A stretch of DNA of 64,000 nucleotides from Nostoc sp. DedSLP01. GTDB lineage: Bacteria; Cyanobacteriota; Cyanobacteriia; Cyanobacteriales; Nostocaceae. Within the stretch, counting starts at the first letter, position 1. Every line of letters begins with the position of its first letter. The notes beneath the pieces are model-generated. The model saw only the letters and a program-made list of their open reading frames with translations, was not told where the DNA came from and did no database searches. A program made the translations under genes and the position numbers. Where the stretch lies: NCBI GenBank assembly GCA_034530875.2, contig JAVRCJ020000023.1, positions 66,778 to 130,777 on the forward strand, read 5' to 3'. Of the stretch, positions 11,683 to 22,473 are shown piece after piece.

Positions 11683-13257
11683 TTGAAACTAGTATCCGAT
11701 CCACCTATTGCTAAAAAAATTGGCAAAATGAATCAGCGGGTACGATGGCAAGACCCGGTGATTGTGAAACATAACATCGACCAAACTCGATTCGTGTTAG
11801 ATGACGGTCATGCAAACGATGCGGAGTTTTCGTTTTTAGTTGTAGGTGATAGCGGTTCTGGAAACCATCGGGGACAGAATCCCCAGCGGAGGGTGGCTGA
11901 ACTCATGTTGCCCCACCACAATGAATGTCGTTTTATGCTACATACCGGCGATGTAATTTATTTGGTGGGGTCGAGTGAGTACTACCAGCAGAACTTTATC
12001 CAGCCTTACCGAGAGTTTATCTTGGGTGGAGAGTATCCCAGGAAAATTATTTATGATGACATGGTTTTTAAGCTGCCAATTTTACCCGTGCCGGGAAACC
12101 ATGATTATTATGACTTGCCGATTTTGTTAGGTTTAGCGTCCGTGACAACATTACCGATTCGGAAACTGTTGCGATCGCGGTTAGATTTAGATGTAGGTTT
12201 GCATGGTTCGGGAACAGGTGACGCCTACGCACGGGCGTTTTTAGATTATCTCCAGATTTTGGATCGTCCCAAAGAATTAGAAGCTCATTTAAATCGCTAC
12301 TATACAGCAAAGACAGAAACAGGGCGTTGTCTTTGCTATCAACCAGGGCGCTTTACTCGCCTTCCCAATCGCTACTACACTTTTCGCTATGGCGGTATTG
12401 ATTTCTTTGCCTTGGATTCTAATACATTTAACGACCCACCACCCCTGCCGAAAACGAGGAAAGGTGAAGCAGACCGCAAAGTTTTAGAAAAACGCCGTCA
12501 GGATTTAGAGCAAGAAAAGCTGCGAGTCATGGAAAATTCAGCGAAGCTAAATCCTGAAAACCCCAGCGAAGCTGATGATTTAGAGGATTTCCAAGCGAAA
12601 GTATCGCAAATTGAAGAAATTATTGTTGATATTGATAAACAACTAGCCACAGACCGATTAATTCAGACTGACACCGAACAACTTGAATGGCTCAAACACA
12701 AACTAATCGCATCTTGGAATACTGAGGAAGTCCGGGGACGGGTGATTTATTTTCACCATCCGCCTTACGTGACTGAGGCGACGAAGTGGCAACAAGCGCA
12801 AACTTTGACAATTCGCAACCACCTACGTAATGTTTTGGATGGAGTGGCTAAAGAAATAGGTTCTCTAAATCAGGGGCGTCCTTTAGTAGATTTAGTATTG
12901 AACGGACACGCCCACTGTCTCGAACATCTGCAAACAATGGATACAGGACACGCTGATTCTCATATCCACTGGCTTGTGTGTGGAGGTAGCGGCTTTAGCC
13001 TGCGACGCCAGCGAATTGAGGGAGCGAATTTGATGGAAACTTTTGGGAATCTAGATAACCAGCACAATAAAATAGTAGCGCGATCGCATTTGTTCGTCGG
13101 TCGCAACGGTTTGAGTTCTCAAAAGCGACGCCCTTATTCAAGTTTACGCATTGACGTCAAAGGCGAAGGAAGCCCCAAGTTTATCGTTCGTCCCTTGGTT
13201 GCTGAATTCTATCAACGAGAATGGCATAATCGGGAACTTGATCCGTTGATAATTTAG
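11683..13257 (+). CDS. Calcineurin-like metallophosphoesterase
   Basis: GDSG, HTGDVIY, PGNHD, FHHPPY, NGHAH motifs, with an internal coiled-coil insertion. Confidence 0.9.
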   Translation: MKLVSDPPIAKKIGKMNQRVRWQDPVIVKHNIDQTRFVLDDGHANDAEFSFLVVGDSGSGNHRGQNPQRRVAELMLPHHNECRFMLHTGDVIYLVGSSEYYQQNFIQPYREFILGGEYPRKIIYDDMVFKLPILPVPGNHDYYDLPILLGLASVTTLPIRKLLRSRLDLDVGLHGSGTGDAYARAFLDYLQILDRPKELEAHLNRYYTAKTETGRCLCYQPGRFTRLPNRYYTFRYGGIDFFALDSNTFNDPPPLPKTRKGEADRKVLEKRRQDLEQEKLRVMENSAKLNPENPSEADDLEDFQAKVSQIEEIIVDIDKQLATDRLIQTDTEQLEWLKHKLIASWNTEEVRGRVIYFHHPPYVTEATKWQQAQTLTIRNHLRNVLDGVAKEIGSLNQGRPLVDLVLNGHAHCLEHLQTMDTGHADSHIHWLVCGGSGFSLRRQRIEGANLMETFGNLDNQHNKIVARSHLFVGRNGLSSQKRRPYSSLRIDVKGEGSPKFIVRPLVAEFYQREWHNRELDPLII

Positions 13258-13268
13258 GTGAAAACGAA

Positions 13269-13299
13269 TGTAGAGACGTAGCAGTGCTACGTCTCTACA
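13269..13299. repeat. 31-bp palindromic dispersed repeat TGTAGAGACGTAGC-N3-GCTACGTCTCTACA between convergent genes; probable bidirectional terminator-like element
   Basis: Perfect 14-bp arms; further copies at 35809-35839 and 37259-37289. Confidence 0.85.
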
Positions 13300-13314
13300 A
13301 CGGTTGTTTTGCAT

Positions 13315-14499
13315 TTATCGATCTACCGATCCCATCACCACATCAATACTTCCTAGAATGACGAAAATATCTGCTACTTTTTGACCCCGGATTAATTGAG
13401 GTAAAACTTGTAAATTATTGAAATCGGCCGGGCGAATTTTCCAACGCCAAGGGAAAATGCGATCGTCTCCAATAATATAGATTCCTAATTCTCCTCTACC
13501 TGACTCAATACGCACATAGTTTTCACCCTCAGGAATTTTAAATGTGGGCGAAACTTTTTTGGCAATGAACTGGTAATCAAATCCGTTCCACTCAGATTTA
13601 GCACCTGCTGACAGGCGTTTAGCTTCTAAATTTTCATAAGCACCACCAGGTAATCCCTTCAGTGCTTGCTGAATAATTTTGACTGACTCGCGCATCTCTC
13701 CAGTTCTGACAACGTACCTAGCAAAACAATCTCCTGCTGTATCCCACTGCACTTGCCAGTCAAAATCGTCGTAGCATTCGTAACGGTCAACTTTTCGTAA
13801 ATCCCACTTCACGCCAGAAGCGCGTAACATCGGCCCGGAAACTCCCCAGTTAATTGCTTCTTCGCGACTTAAAACTCCTATACCCTCTACTCGACGGCGA
13901 AAAATTGGGTTATTAGTAATCAGTTTTTCATACTCATCAATCTTGGGGACAAAGTAATTACAAAAGTCTTCGCATTTATCCACCCAGCCGTAAGGTAGAT
14001 CAGCAGCAACTCCACCGATACGAAAATAATTATTGTTGACCATGCGGTAGCCTGTGGCAGCTTCAAACAAGTCGAGAATCATTTCGCGATCGCGCAAAGT
14101 GTAAAATATCGGAGTTTGTGCGCCAGTATCTCCCACAAAAGGCCCCAACCACAGTAAATGGTTGACAATGCGAGCTAACTCCAACATGATTACCCGAATG
14201 TAGCTAGCACGTTTGGGGATGGTGACGTTTGCCAATTTTTCCACAGCATTCACCGTCACGGCTTCATTAAACATCCCGCCATAGTAGTCCCATCGGCTCA
14301 CATAAGGGACATACATCACATTGGTACGGTTTTCGGCAATTTTTTCCATACCCCGGTGTAGGTAGCCGATGACAGGTTCGCAATCAACCACATCTTCACC
14401 ATCCAAGGTGACAAGAATCCGAAAGCACCCATGCATCGAAGGGTGATGCGGGCCAAAGTTGATTGTCATTGGCTCGGTTCTGATTTGAATTCTGACCAT
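13315..14499 (-). CDS. ndhH: NAD(P)H-quinone oxidoreductase (NDH-1) subunit H, divergent copy
   Basis: 394 aa, [35 protein letters not shown]-terminal DVVMGSVDR. Confidence 0.93.
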   Translation of the reverse strand: MVRIQIRTEPMTINFGPHHPSMHGCFRILVTLDGEDVVDCEPVIGYLHRGMEKIAENRTNVMYVPYVSRWDYYGGMFNEAVTVNAVEKLANVTIPKRASYIRVIMLELARIVNHLLWLGPFVGDTGAQTPIFYTLRDREMILDLFEAATGYRMVNNNYFRIGGVAADLPYGWVDKCEDFCNYFVPKIDEYEKLITNNPIFRRRVEGIGVLSREEAINWGVSGPMLRASGVKWDLRKVDRYECYDDFDWQVQWDTAGDCFARYVVRTGEMRESVKIIQQALKGLPGGAYENLEAKRLSAGAKSEWNGFDYQFIAKKVSPTFKIPEGENYVRIESGRGELGIYIIGDDRIFPWRWKIRPADFNNLQVLPQLIRGQKVADIFVILGSIDVVMGSVDR

Positions 14500-14619
14500 A
14501 ATTAAGTTTCCCTAATCCGCAATAATTATAGATTAGAGCTTCTTAATTCCTTTGGCTTTGCTTTGTTTGTTTCGCTCTTCCTGCCGCTAGCTGCGCCTTT
14601 GTTGGAGACTGACGTTAAG

Positions 14620-17600
14620 TTAAAGCAACTGTTGCATCATCAGTTGTGCAAATAGCCCTGGTTGATTTGTTAGTTCGGCGAAACTGCCTTGCTGCACTAC
14701 TTTGCCACCTGCGAGGACGTAAATGCGATCGGCGTTTTGAATGGTACTGAGGCGATGGGCGATCGCAACTCTAGTCACCTTTAGCTTTTGTAAGCTTTCA
14801 CTGACAATTGCCTGAGTTCTATTATCTAAAGCGCTAGTAGCTTCATCAAATAGCAAAATTCTGGGTTTCAATACCAATGCCCTAGCAATCAACAACCGCT
14901 GTCGTTGTCCGCCGGACAGATTACTACCTCCCTCGCTGACGATTGTATGCATCTGCATCGGCATCGCGGCAATGTCATCCGCCAAACCCGCCATCTGAGC
15001 TGCTTCCCAAGCTTCGTCCATTGTCACCAAGGCACCACTGGCAATATTTTCAAAAATTGAAGCTGACATTAAGCGACTATTTTGCAATACTACGCCTAAT
15101 TGACGGCGCACAGCATGGACATCCAAAGAAGCTAAGTCTTGCCCATCGTAGTAAATTGTGCCAGATTTCGGGAATTCAAACCCTAAAAGTAACCTTAATA
15201 AAGTTGATTTACCGCTGCCAGAAGGGCCGACAATGGCAATAAATTCTCCTGGTTGGGCGTGAATGCTGACATTATCCAGCGTCAAGGGGCCATCGTCACG
15301 ATAGCGGAAAGTTACCCGATCTACAACTAATTTGCCCGATAACCTACCCGGATCTGTCTGAGCAGAACTAATTTCTGGTTCAGCTTGTAAAATTGGTTGG
15401 GCGCGTTGCCACAAGGGTAAGACTTGCAAAACTTCCACAACTGTGCTGCTGAGGCTAGTGGCTCCGTTAATGAAAGTACCAAAAGCAACATTGAATGCTA
15501 AAAAAGTGCCAGTGGATAAACCACCTCCTCCAGGAGTTTGTTGGGACTGCACAATTAAGCTAGTAGCAAACCAGAACAGGGCAGCAGTGGTGATTGCAGG
15601 TAATATTTGATTGATTACTACCACGCTATCTTCAATGCCTTGGGTACTCAGCATGAGTTTCAGTTGATGCGTATACTGTTTACCCCAGTAGGCAAAGGCA
15701 CGGGCTTCAGCTTTGGCAACTCGGAGTTTGGCAACTCCATTAATTAACTGCACCATGACGCCAAAGATTTGTCCTTGTAGTTCTAGTAATGGGCGAACTT
15801 TACGCACAATCAGAACGCCAGAGATGATGGTAACGGCAATATTTACCAGTGCTACTACACAAGCTATGAGAGCTAAGGAGACATTGTAGTAAAATAACAA
15901 TCCTAGATTCAGCAAGGAGAACAAACTGGAAAAGATTGTTTTTAAAACTGTGTTACCCAGCTTATGGCGAATTTGACTAATAGCTGTGACTCTAGAATCC
16001 AAGTCTCCAACTGAGAAAGAGCGAAAAAAGGAAGCCTTCAAGTTTAACAATCGATCCCAAACTGCCCCTTGGGTAGAGGAATCGGCAAAAGTTTCCAACC
16101 TAATGGTGGCAAATCCAAGGGCGAGTTGAAATAGCGTTCCGCCAAAGGCAGCAGCCACCAAAGCAACAGCAATTTGGCTCAACAACCCTCGATTCGCATC
16201 TGGGATAGCTTTGTCGATGAGAATAGCTGTAGCTTGAGGTGTCAGCATTCCTAACAGGCTGATGGTAATTCCCATTACTAAAACTAAAATTAGTTCTTTG
16301 TAATGTCCTTGGAGGGCAAACTGGAGTAAATCAAAAGTTCTCAGCTTTTTATCGGGTAAAGGTCGATAGAATGCGTAGGCAGTCTTAACTAGGGCTACTG
16401 CTATGTTGGCATCGACAGGGATAGGCGTTTTTTCACCGGGAACGTAGAGTTGGTAACGCGTGTCAGACACTGGTAATAGTGCCACTGGCAGTTTATCGGC
16501 AAGTGTAAATGCTAACATTGCGCCGCAATCTTTTTGCCACCAGTTGTCCCGCAACTGAACTCGTCGCACGCGGATACGCGAAGCCCTGGCGATCGCTTCT
16601 ACAGGATCTTGTACTCTTGATAAATCTTCTGAGGCAGCTGGCGGACAAATCTTAATTCCTAATGCTCGTCCCACAGCACCAGCAGCCATTAGTAAGCCTT
16701 GGTCTGGATCGGTTGCATCAAGACTACTACTAAATCCTATATTATTTAGCTTGTTTGACTTTGGCTGTGGCAAGACAGATGCTAATTCTGCTAACGTCTC
16801 TTGCATCACTTGGTTCTCAAGACGTTCCCTAGCTTGAAATCTGAGCAATTCTGCATCCATTTCCTGCTGTTGCAGTAGATTAACGCACTGGAGGAAGTAG
16901 GTTTGTAGTTGCGACAAACCATCTAACAAAGAATTGATATCTTTGATGTCTGCGGTGTTAATACTTTGCAATTCTACAATGTTATTTGCTTGCAACCACA
17001 TATTTGCAGCTAAAGGCAACATTCCACAGGCAGGAGTGAACGGCAGATCGTCAAATCCCATCCATCTAGCACGTCCTTGGAGAATTTGCACCCACGATAT
17101 TTGCTGCGGCTGGAAGATTTGACCTGCGGCTAAGGATAAGTGGCCGATTTCTGGCAGCGATGTTGGTGTTGTTGGCGTAGTAATACCAGCAAGTACCGAA
17201 CCAAATTGAGAAATCCAGCGTTCTATCAGAGTTAATACTTCTTGATTAGCGTCAGCAAACAACTGGTTAAAGTCAGTTCTCGATATTTTGAGAATTTCTG
17301 TCTCCTCTAGGGATACTGCCAAAATCTCTTGCTGCTTGCCGATGTTACTTGGTGCGATCGCAAACATCGCCTGTCCTGGTGTGCTGCTAAATAAATAGCG
17401 ACGGGTACCTTCGGGAACGCCATCATTAACTGCGATCGCAAATAGCGCCAAGTAACCAGATTTCACTAACCAAATTGACTCCGGATCGTCTAGCACTAGC
17501 GATTCATTGCATTGAAAACGATAGTGTTGTCCTTTAAGGTTTGAGAAGGATAAGAGGGATGAGGGGGATGAGGAAGACAAGGAAGACAAGGGGGACAAGG

Positions 17601-19980
17601 AAGATAAGTCTTCACTTCTGTCTTCTGCCTCCTGCCTCCTGCCTTCTGCCTCCTGCCTCCTGCCTCCTGCCTCCTCCCCTGCTTCCTCACTGCGAATTAG
17701 TTGTAAGTACGGCCCTTCAACTTGCCGCAATTGTTGGTGACTTCCTCGTTGAACTATCTTGCCGCGATGGAGGACAATAATTTCATCACAATCTCGGATA
17801 GTCGAGAGTCGATGCGCCACGATGATGCAAGTGCAACCGCGCAACCGCAGATTACGATTGACGTTCTTTTCTGTTTCGGCATCGAGAGCGCTGGTAGCTT
17901 CATCCATAATCAGGATACTGGGATTATTCACCAAAGCCCGCGCGATTTCTAAACGTTGCCTTTGACCGCCACTCAAATTAGTAGCACCTTCTAAAAGGTC
18001 AGCATGATAGCCTCCAGGCAGTGAAAGGATGACATCGTGAAGCGCTGCGTCTTGACAGGCTCGGACGAGATGAGTGTCAGGTATGGTAGTATCCCAAAGC
18101 GTTAAGTTGTCTCTGACACTGCCAGCAAATAACAAAATCTCTTGCTCTACAACAGAAATAGAATTGGCTAGTACCTGGCGATAAATTTGCTCTCTGGGTT
18201 TGCCGTCGAATAAAATTTCTCCCTGCCAAGGTTCGTAAAGCCCACATAAAAGTTTGGCAACAGTAGACTTACCAGAACCACTTCCACCCACCAAAGCAAC
18301 TCGCTGCCCTGGCTTGAGCGTAAGATTAAAATTTTCAATCAACGGCGGGGCTATTTGACTATAGCCAAATGTCACATTGCGTAATTCAACATAACCCTGG
18401 AGTTTGGGCAGAGGATAGGCGGATGAGGAAGTGAGGGAGTGAGGGAGAATAATTACTGATTCCTGACTTCCAACTTCTGCCTCCTGCCTTCTGCCTCCTG
18501 CCTTCTGCCTCCTGCCTTCTGCCTCCTGCAACTGCCGGTCAATGGGGTTACGCAAGACATCATCGAGGCGATTTAGATTACCTTCCATTTCTTGGAGTTC
18601 GCTTCCCAGGCTGATGAGATTATTTACTGGAGCGAAAAATCTTTGCATCATGCCGAGAAAGGCTATTAACATGCCGATGCTCAAGGCTCCATCCATGACT
18701 CGCAAACCGCCTACAGCTAAAAGTAGCATGGAAGCGATCGCTGACAGAAAAGATGGTAAAACACCTATTGTCTGGTTTGTTTCTTCTAATTCTTGCTGGG
18801 TATTGATGGCTTTGGCATAGTGACCCCCCCACCGGGAGAAGAAATCTGACTCTAAGCCAGATGCTTTTAGTGTCTCCATACTCTGAAGACCAGAAATTTC
18901 TACGCCGCGAACTTTTCCCTGTTCTTGGATGAGTTTGATATTGGCATCTACCCGCCGCCCTCTTACCCACTGCAAGGCGGCAAGGTTGATAATGACAAAG
19001 GCGATCGCAATTAAAGTTAGTACAACATCATATTGCAACATCACTATTACATATAGAAATATTGATGCTGCGGCAATTACTGTAGTTGCTAACTCACCCG
19101 AAAGCATGTCGGCGATGCTGTCGTTGAGTTGCATTCGGCTACTGATTTCCCCAGCATAACGCTGATCGTAAAAACTAACGGGTAGGCGTAAAATGTGCCA
19201 CAGATAGCGACTCTTCATGCCCACGGACAACTTAATTTTCATTTGACGCAAAAACTGCAACTGTAGCAGCGTCAAAAATCCACTGAGTCCGGCTGTGAAG
19301 ATAATGCCTAAAATTAGCGGACGCAACCACTCATAACGACGCTCAATTAATACGTTGTCTACAAATACCTGGGAAAATGCAGGTATTGCCAGCCCAGGAA
19401 TGACTAACAAAAATCCTGCCAGCACGCAGTAAAGTAATGCCCCAAGAGAACCTCGCAACCGCGACCACAAAGCTAAGATTGTGCTGGGCTTGCGTCCTCC
19501 GGGTTGAAACTCTGGACTAGGCTCTAGGACTAGCACTACACCAGTGTAAGCACCGCTGAATTCTTCTAAGGAGACGGTGCGCCGTCCAGTCGCAGGATCG
19601 TTAAGATAAACTCGCTGTTTATCGAATCCCTCTACTACTAAGAAATGGTTAAAGTTCCAAAATACAATATAGGGAGATTTTAACTGTAATAAACCAGTTA
19701 AGTTGGTTTTAAAGCTTTTAGCGGTAAGTCGATAATTTCTCGCAGCCTTCAAGATATTTAAGGCACTAACTCCATCCCGCGAGACACCGCACGCTTGTCT
19801 CAATTCCGTCAGTGGGACAATGCGATTGTAATAACCCAGAATAATTCCCAAAGCGGCAGCACCGCATTCTACTACCTCCATTTGCAGCAGAGTCGGAGTA
19901 TGACATCGCTTGTTTTTAAGCGTCGGCTTTGCCCACCGCAAGCATCGCTCTAATATATTTTGCAAATTTCGCCAGAACAT
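14620..19980 (-). CDS. Fused NHLM/NHLP-type bacteriocin export ABC transporter (C39 peptidase-permease-ATPase joined to the second permease-ATPase subunit)
   Basis: C39 triad QMEVVECG / WNFNHF / NDPA; two TM domains; two NBDs (GGSGSGKST, GPSGSGKST, LSGGQRQR twice); low-complexity linker between the halves. Confidence 0.9.
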   Translation of the reverse strand: MFWRNLQNILERCLRWAKPTLKNKRCHTPTLLQMEVVECGAAALGIILGYYNRIVPLTELRQACGVSRDGVSALNILKAARNYRLTAKSFKTNLTGLLQLKSPYIVFWNFNHFLVVEGFDKQRVYLNDPATGRRTVSLEEFSGAYTGVVLVLEPSPEFQPGGRKPSTILALWSRLRGSLGALLYCVLAGFLLVIPGLAIPAFSQVFVDNVLIERRYEWLRPLILGIIFTAGLSGFLTLLQLQFLRQMKIKLSVGMKSRYLWHILRLPVSFYDQRYAGEISSRMQLNDSIADMLSGELATTVIAAASIFLYVIVMLQYDVVLTLIAIAFVIINLAALQWVRGRRVDANIKLIQEQGKVRGVEISGLQSMETLKASGLESDFFSRWGGHYAKAINTQQELEETNQTIGVLPSFLSAIASMLLLAVGGLRVMDGALSIGMLIAFLGMMQRFFAPVNNLISLGSELQEMEGNLNRLDDVLRNPIDRQLQEAEGRRQKAGGRRQEAEVGSQESVIILPHSLTSSSAYPLPKLQGYVELRNVTFGYSQIAPPLIENFNLTLKPGQRVALVGGSGSGKSTVAKLLCGLYEPWQGEILFDGKPREQIYRQVLANSISVVEQEILLFAGSVRDNLTLWDTTIPDTHLVRACQDAALHDVILSLPGGYHADLLEGATNLSGGQRQRLEIARALVNNPSILIMDEATSALDAETEKNVNRNLRLRGCTCIIVAHRLSTIRDCDEIIVLHRGKIVQRGSHQQLRQVEGPYLQLIRSEEAGEEAGGRRQEAEGRRQEAEDRSEDLSSLSPLSSLSSSSPSSLLSFSNLKGQHYRFQCNESLVLDDPESIWLVKSGYLALFAIAVNDGVPEGTRRYLFSSTPGQAMFAIAPSNIGKQQEILAVSLEETEILKISRTDFNQLFADANQEVLTLIERWISQFGSVLAGITTPTTPTSLPEIGHLSLAAGQIFQPQQISWVQILQGRARWMGFDDLPFTPACGMLPLAANMWLQANNIVELQSINTADIKDINSLLDGLSQLQTYFLQCVNLLQQQEMDAELLRFQARERLENQVMQETLAELASVLPQPKSNKLNNIGFSSSLDATDPDQGLLMAAGAVGRALGIKICPPAASEDLSRVQDPVEAIARASRIRVRRVQLRDNWWQKDCGAMLAFTLADKLPVALLPVSDTRYQLYVPGEKTPIPVDANIAVALVKTAYAFYRPLPDKKLRTFDLLQFALQGHYKELILVLVMGITISLLGMLTPQATAILIDKAIPDANRGLLSQIAVALVAAAFGGTLFQLALGFATIRLETFADSSTQGAVWDRLLNLKASFFRSFSVGDLDSRVTAISQIRHKLGNTVLKTIFSSLFSLLNLGLLFYYNVSLALIACVVALVNIAVTIISGVLIVRKVRPLLELQGQIFGVMVQLINGVAKLRVAKAEARAFAYWGKQYTHQLKLMLSTQGIEDSVVVINQILPAITTAALFWFATSLIVQSQQTPGGGGLSTGTFLAFNVAFGTFINGATSLSSTVVEVLQVLPLWQRAQPILQAEPEISSAQTDPGRLSGKLVVDRVTFRYRDDGPLTLDNVSIHAQPGEFIAIVGPSGSGKSTLLRLLLGFEFPKSGTIYYDGQDLASLDVHAVRRQLGVVLQNSRLMSASIFENIASGALVTMDEAWEAAQMAGLADDIAAMPMQMHTIVSEGGSNLSGGQRQRLLIARALVLKPRILLFDEATSALDNRTQAIVSESLQKLKVTRVAIAHRLSTIQNADRIYVLAGGKVVQQGSFAELTNQPGLFAQLMMQQLL

Positions 19981-20012
19981 AAAAATATTTTTTAAATAAG
20001 GAGTCAGTTGTC

Positions 20013-20155
20013 AGGAGGCAGGAGGCAGAAGGCAGAAGGCAGAAGGCAGGAGGCAGAAGTTAAGACTTATCTTCCTTGTCCCCTGCCTCCGCTGCCTCTC
20101 CTGCCTCCCCTGCTTCCCCTGCTCCCCCTGCCTCCCCTACCCCCTGCTCTCTCAT
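20013..20155. repeat. Composite repeat (GGCAGAA/GGCAGGA heptamers + AAGACTTATCTTCCTTGTCCCC core + C-rich nonamers)
   Basis: Visible directly; an inverted copy lies inside the ABC gene at about 17550-17690. Confidence 0.85.
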
Positions 20156-20163
20156 CTCCAGTA

Positions 20164-21606
20164 TCAAGAAACACCGCTCCAGGATCTCAGAATTGGTAGA
20201 ACAAAGGTAATCGGGGCGCGTTCTTCCACGGTGACTTGTACGGAGGTGGTAGTTCCAGAAGTGACCTTCATCTGTGGCCCTTGGGAAGAAGACCATTTGT
20301 ACTCGCTGAAGGTGGAATTGTCTGGTTGCAGTCGTGCAGTAATTAGCATCTGTGGTCCTTGTGACATAATGGCTTCTACAAATTCAGAATTGCCGACTAC
20401 ACTTAATGCACCTTCTTTAGTCACGGGAAAGGCTGAGACTTCTGTGACGGCACCGATGATGCCACCAAAGCGTTCGCGTTGGACTGTAGTAGGCGTGACT
20501 TGTAACTTCATCCCCGGTTGAATTTGCTTACCATCGCCAACGGGAAAAAATGCCACACTGACAGGTTGAGCAGATCGCTGTTGTGCAGCGATCGTTCCTA
20601 TGGGTGTACCCTGTAAAACAATCTGCCCTGGTGTGGCGGAAATTTCTAAAACTCGTCCGGAGTAATTGCTTTTGACTAAGCTGCTACTCGATAGTTGCAG
20701 TGCTAATTGAGCAATATTCCGCTGAGCTTCCTGAATTTCTTTTCTGCGATTAGTTACGGCATCTAAGTCTTGTTGTGCCGCAGCAGCTTGTTTGCTATCT
20801 AGTTGTTTTAACTGCGCTTGCAAATCTTTAATTGCGTTCAAGTTCTCTAGGTATTGGCGTTGAGCATCTGCTTCTTTGACATCCAGTTGCTTGAGTTGGG
20901 ATTCGGCTTCATTGATTTGTGTCACGGCATTTAAGTAGTCTTGCTGTGACTGTAGGACTGAATCGCCAGAAATTGCTCCCTCTTGCAATAGTTTATTGCG
21001 GTTGTCCCATCTTTGTTTGAAGGTAGGCAACAGTTGTCGTAGTGCTTGTAAGCTTTGAGTTTGGTTGGCGCGATCGCGAGCAATCGAGTCTAGCCCTTTT
21101 TCTCTTAAAATCGGTGTTAGCTTCTGTACTGCCTGGAGATTTTGCAGCAAAGATTGGCGTTGCTGTTTAATGGCTTCTTTGTCTGCGTTTTGCCGTTGTA
21201 GTTGCACTAAGTTAGCAGCGCGATCTTGTGCTTGTAGTTGTTGTAATTTAGAGCGTACTAGTTGTAGCTGTTTCAACAGTTCGCTTTGGTCTAGCGTCGC
21301 CAGCACATCTCCTCTATTTACATAGTCACCAACTCGGACGTTGATTGTTCGCAATTTACCTGCGATCGGTGACTGAAACAAGGTAACTGTACTGGGATAA
21401 ACTATTATCCCAGTACCCGTTACTGTAATTGGAATTCGACCTAAAAAACTCCAAGTCAGCCCCGTCGCCACCAAAGAACCAACAGCGACTAGAGGTAGCC
21501 ACTTTTTCGGGCTGACTACCTGCATGATTTGATCTAGTTCTTCAGGTGAAGAAGCACGCTCTAAAGCTTCTTTGCGGAACAGGTCGCTCTTTTGCCTAAC
21601 CACCAA
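20164..21606 (-). CDS. NHLM/NHLP bacteriocin system secretion protein (HlyD-family membrane fusion protein)
   Basis: LFRKEALERASSPEELDQIMQVV N-terminus, single TM, biotinyl-like hairpin, coiled coil, RERFGGI...YKWSSSQGP...PITFVLP C-terminus. Start is TTG 21606 or GTG 21603. Confidence 0.92.
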   Translation of the reverse strand: MVVRQKSDLFRKEALERASSPEELDQIMQVVSPKKWLPLVAVGSLVATGLTWSFLGRIPITVTGTGIIVYPSTVTLFQSPIAGKLRTINVRVGDYVNRGDVLATLDQSELLKQLQLVRSKLQQLQAQDRAANLVQLQRQNADKEAIKQQRQSLLQNLQAVQKLTPILREKGLDSIARDRANQTQSLQALRQLLPTFKQRWDNRNKLLQEGAISGDSVLQSQQDYLNAVTQINEAESQLKQLDVKEADAQRQYLENLNAIKDLQAQLKQLDSKQAAAAQQDLDAVTNRRKEIQEAQRNIAQLALQLSSSSLVKSNYSGRVLEISATPGQIVLQGTPIGTIAAQQRSAQPVSVAFFPVGDGKQIQPGMKLQVTPTTVQRERFGGIIGAVTEVSAFPVTKEGALSVVGNSEFVEAIMSQGPQMLITARLQPDNSTFSEYKWSSSQGPQMKVTSGTTTSVQVTVEERAPITFVLPILRSWSGVS

Positions 21607-22473
21607 ACACCGTCCCCATTTCTATGGGAATAAAAACATAAAATACCTTTGAGTGAATACAATACTGTTGCTGCGATCGCTAGGAGTTGCAGTCTAAATG
21701 GAAAATAGGCAATACAATTGTTTGCTTATTTGACAGTATTAATATTCACAGATAGAAATTATTTTAATCATATCATTTGATGAAAAAACGAGAAATTTAT
21801 AAATTAATTTTTTTAATTATTTGATTTTTTATAGACATGAATTAAAGTTCTGAGTCAAGACCTCTTTCCTCAGAACTTTAAGACAAATCAAAATTTTTAC
21901 AGCATTTATAAAATAGTCTAATGATTTAGGAAAAATACTTTTCCACTTAAATAATCAATCCTTTACACCCTATATCGAATAGAGTTGACATAACTTAGAG
22001 TCAGTCTAATTATAAACTAAACCTAGCTAATGAATTTGGTTAATGTGAATTTCGCCATATTGATGACAATACTAACTTTTAAAACCAAAGTCAATACTAA
22101 ATTTAAAGCCTAAAACTCTTTAAAAATAAACACATATAGCTGATGTCTAAAAGTAAGAAAAGTAGGAAAAGTAAGAAAAGTAAGAATTCCTAATTATCAC
22201 TAAGGTATGCAACAAATTCCACAGCACTTATCAGATTTGTGTTTGAGTGATGCGATCGCACCACTTAATCGAGTCTCTAGCACTCATACTTGATTTGATG
22301 AAAAAAACTCAGTACACTTTTATTACTTTTTACTTGTTAAGAGTTCCCTATGTCTACAACTAGTTCTCCGAATTAAACCGGATTTCTATAGCCCTTTATC
22401 TTTTAAAATCGGTGTCAGCTTCTGTACTGCCTAGAAGTTCTAAGTAGGTCAGTGTGAATATTTATCGTTACAC

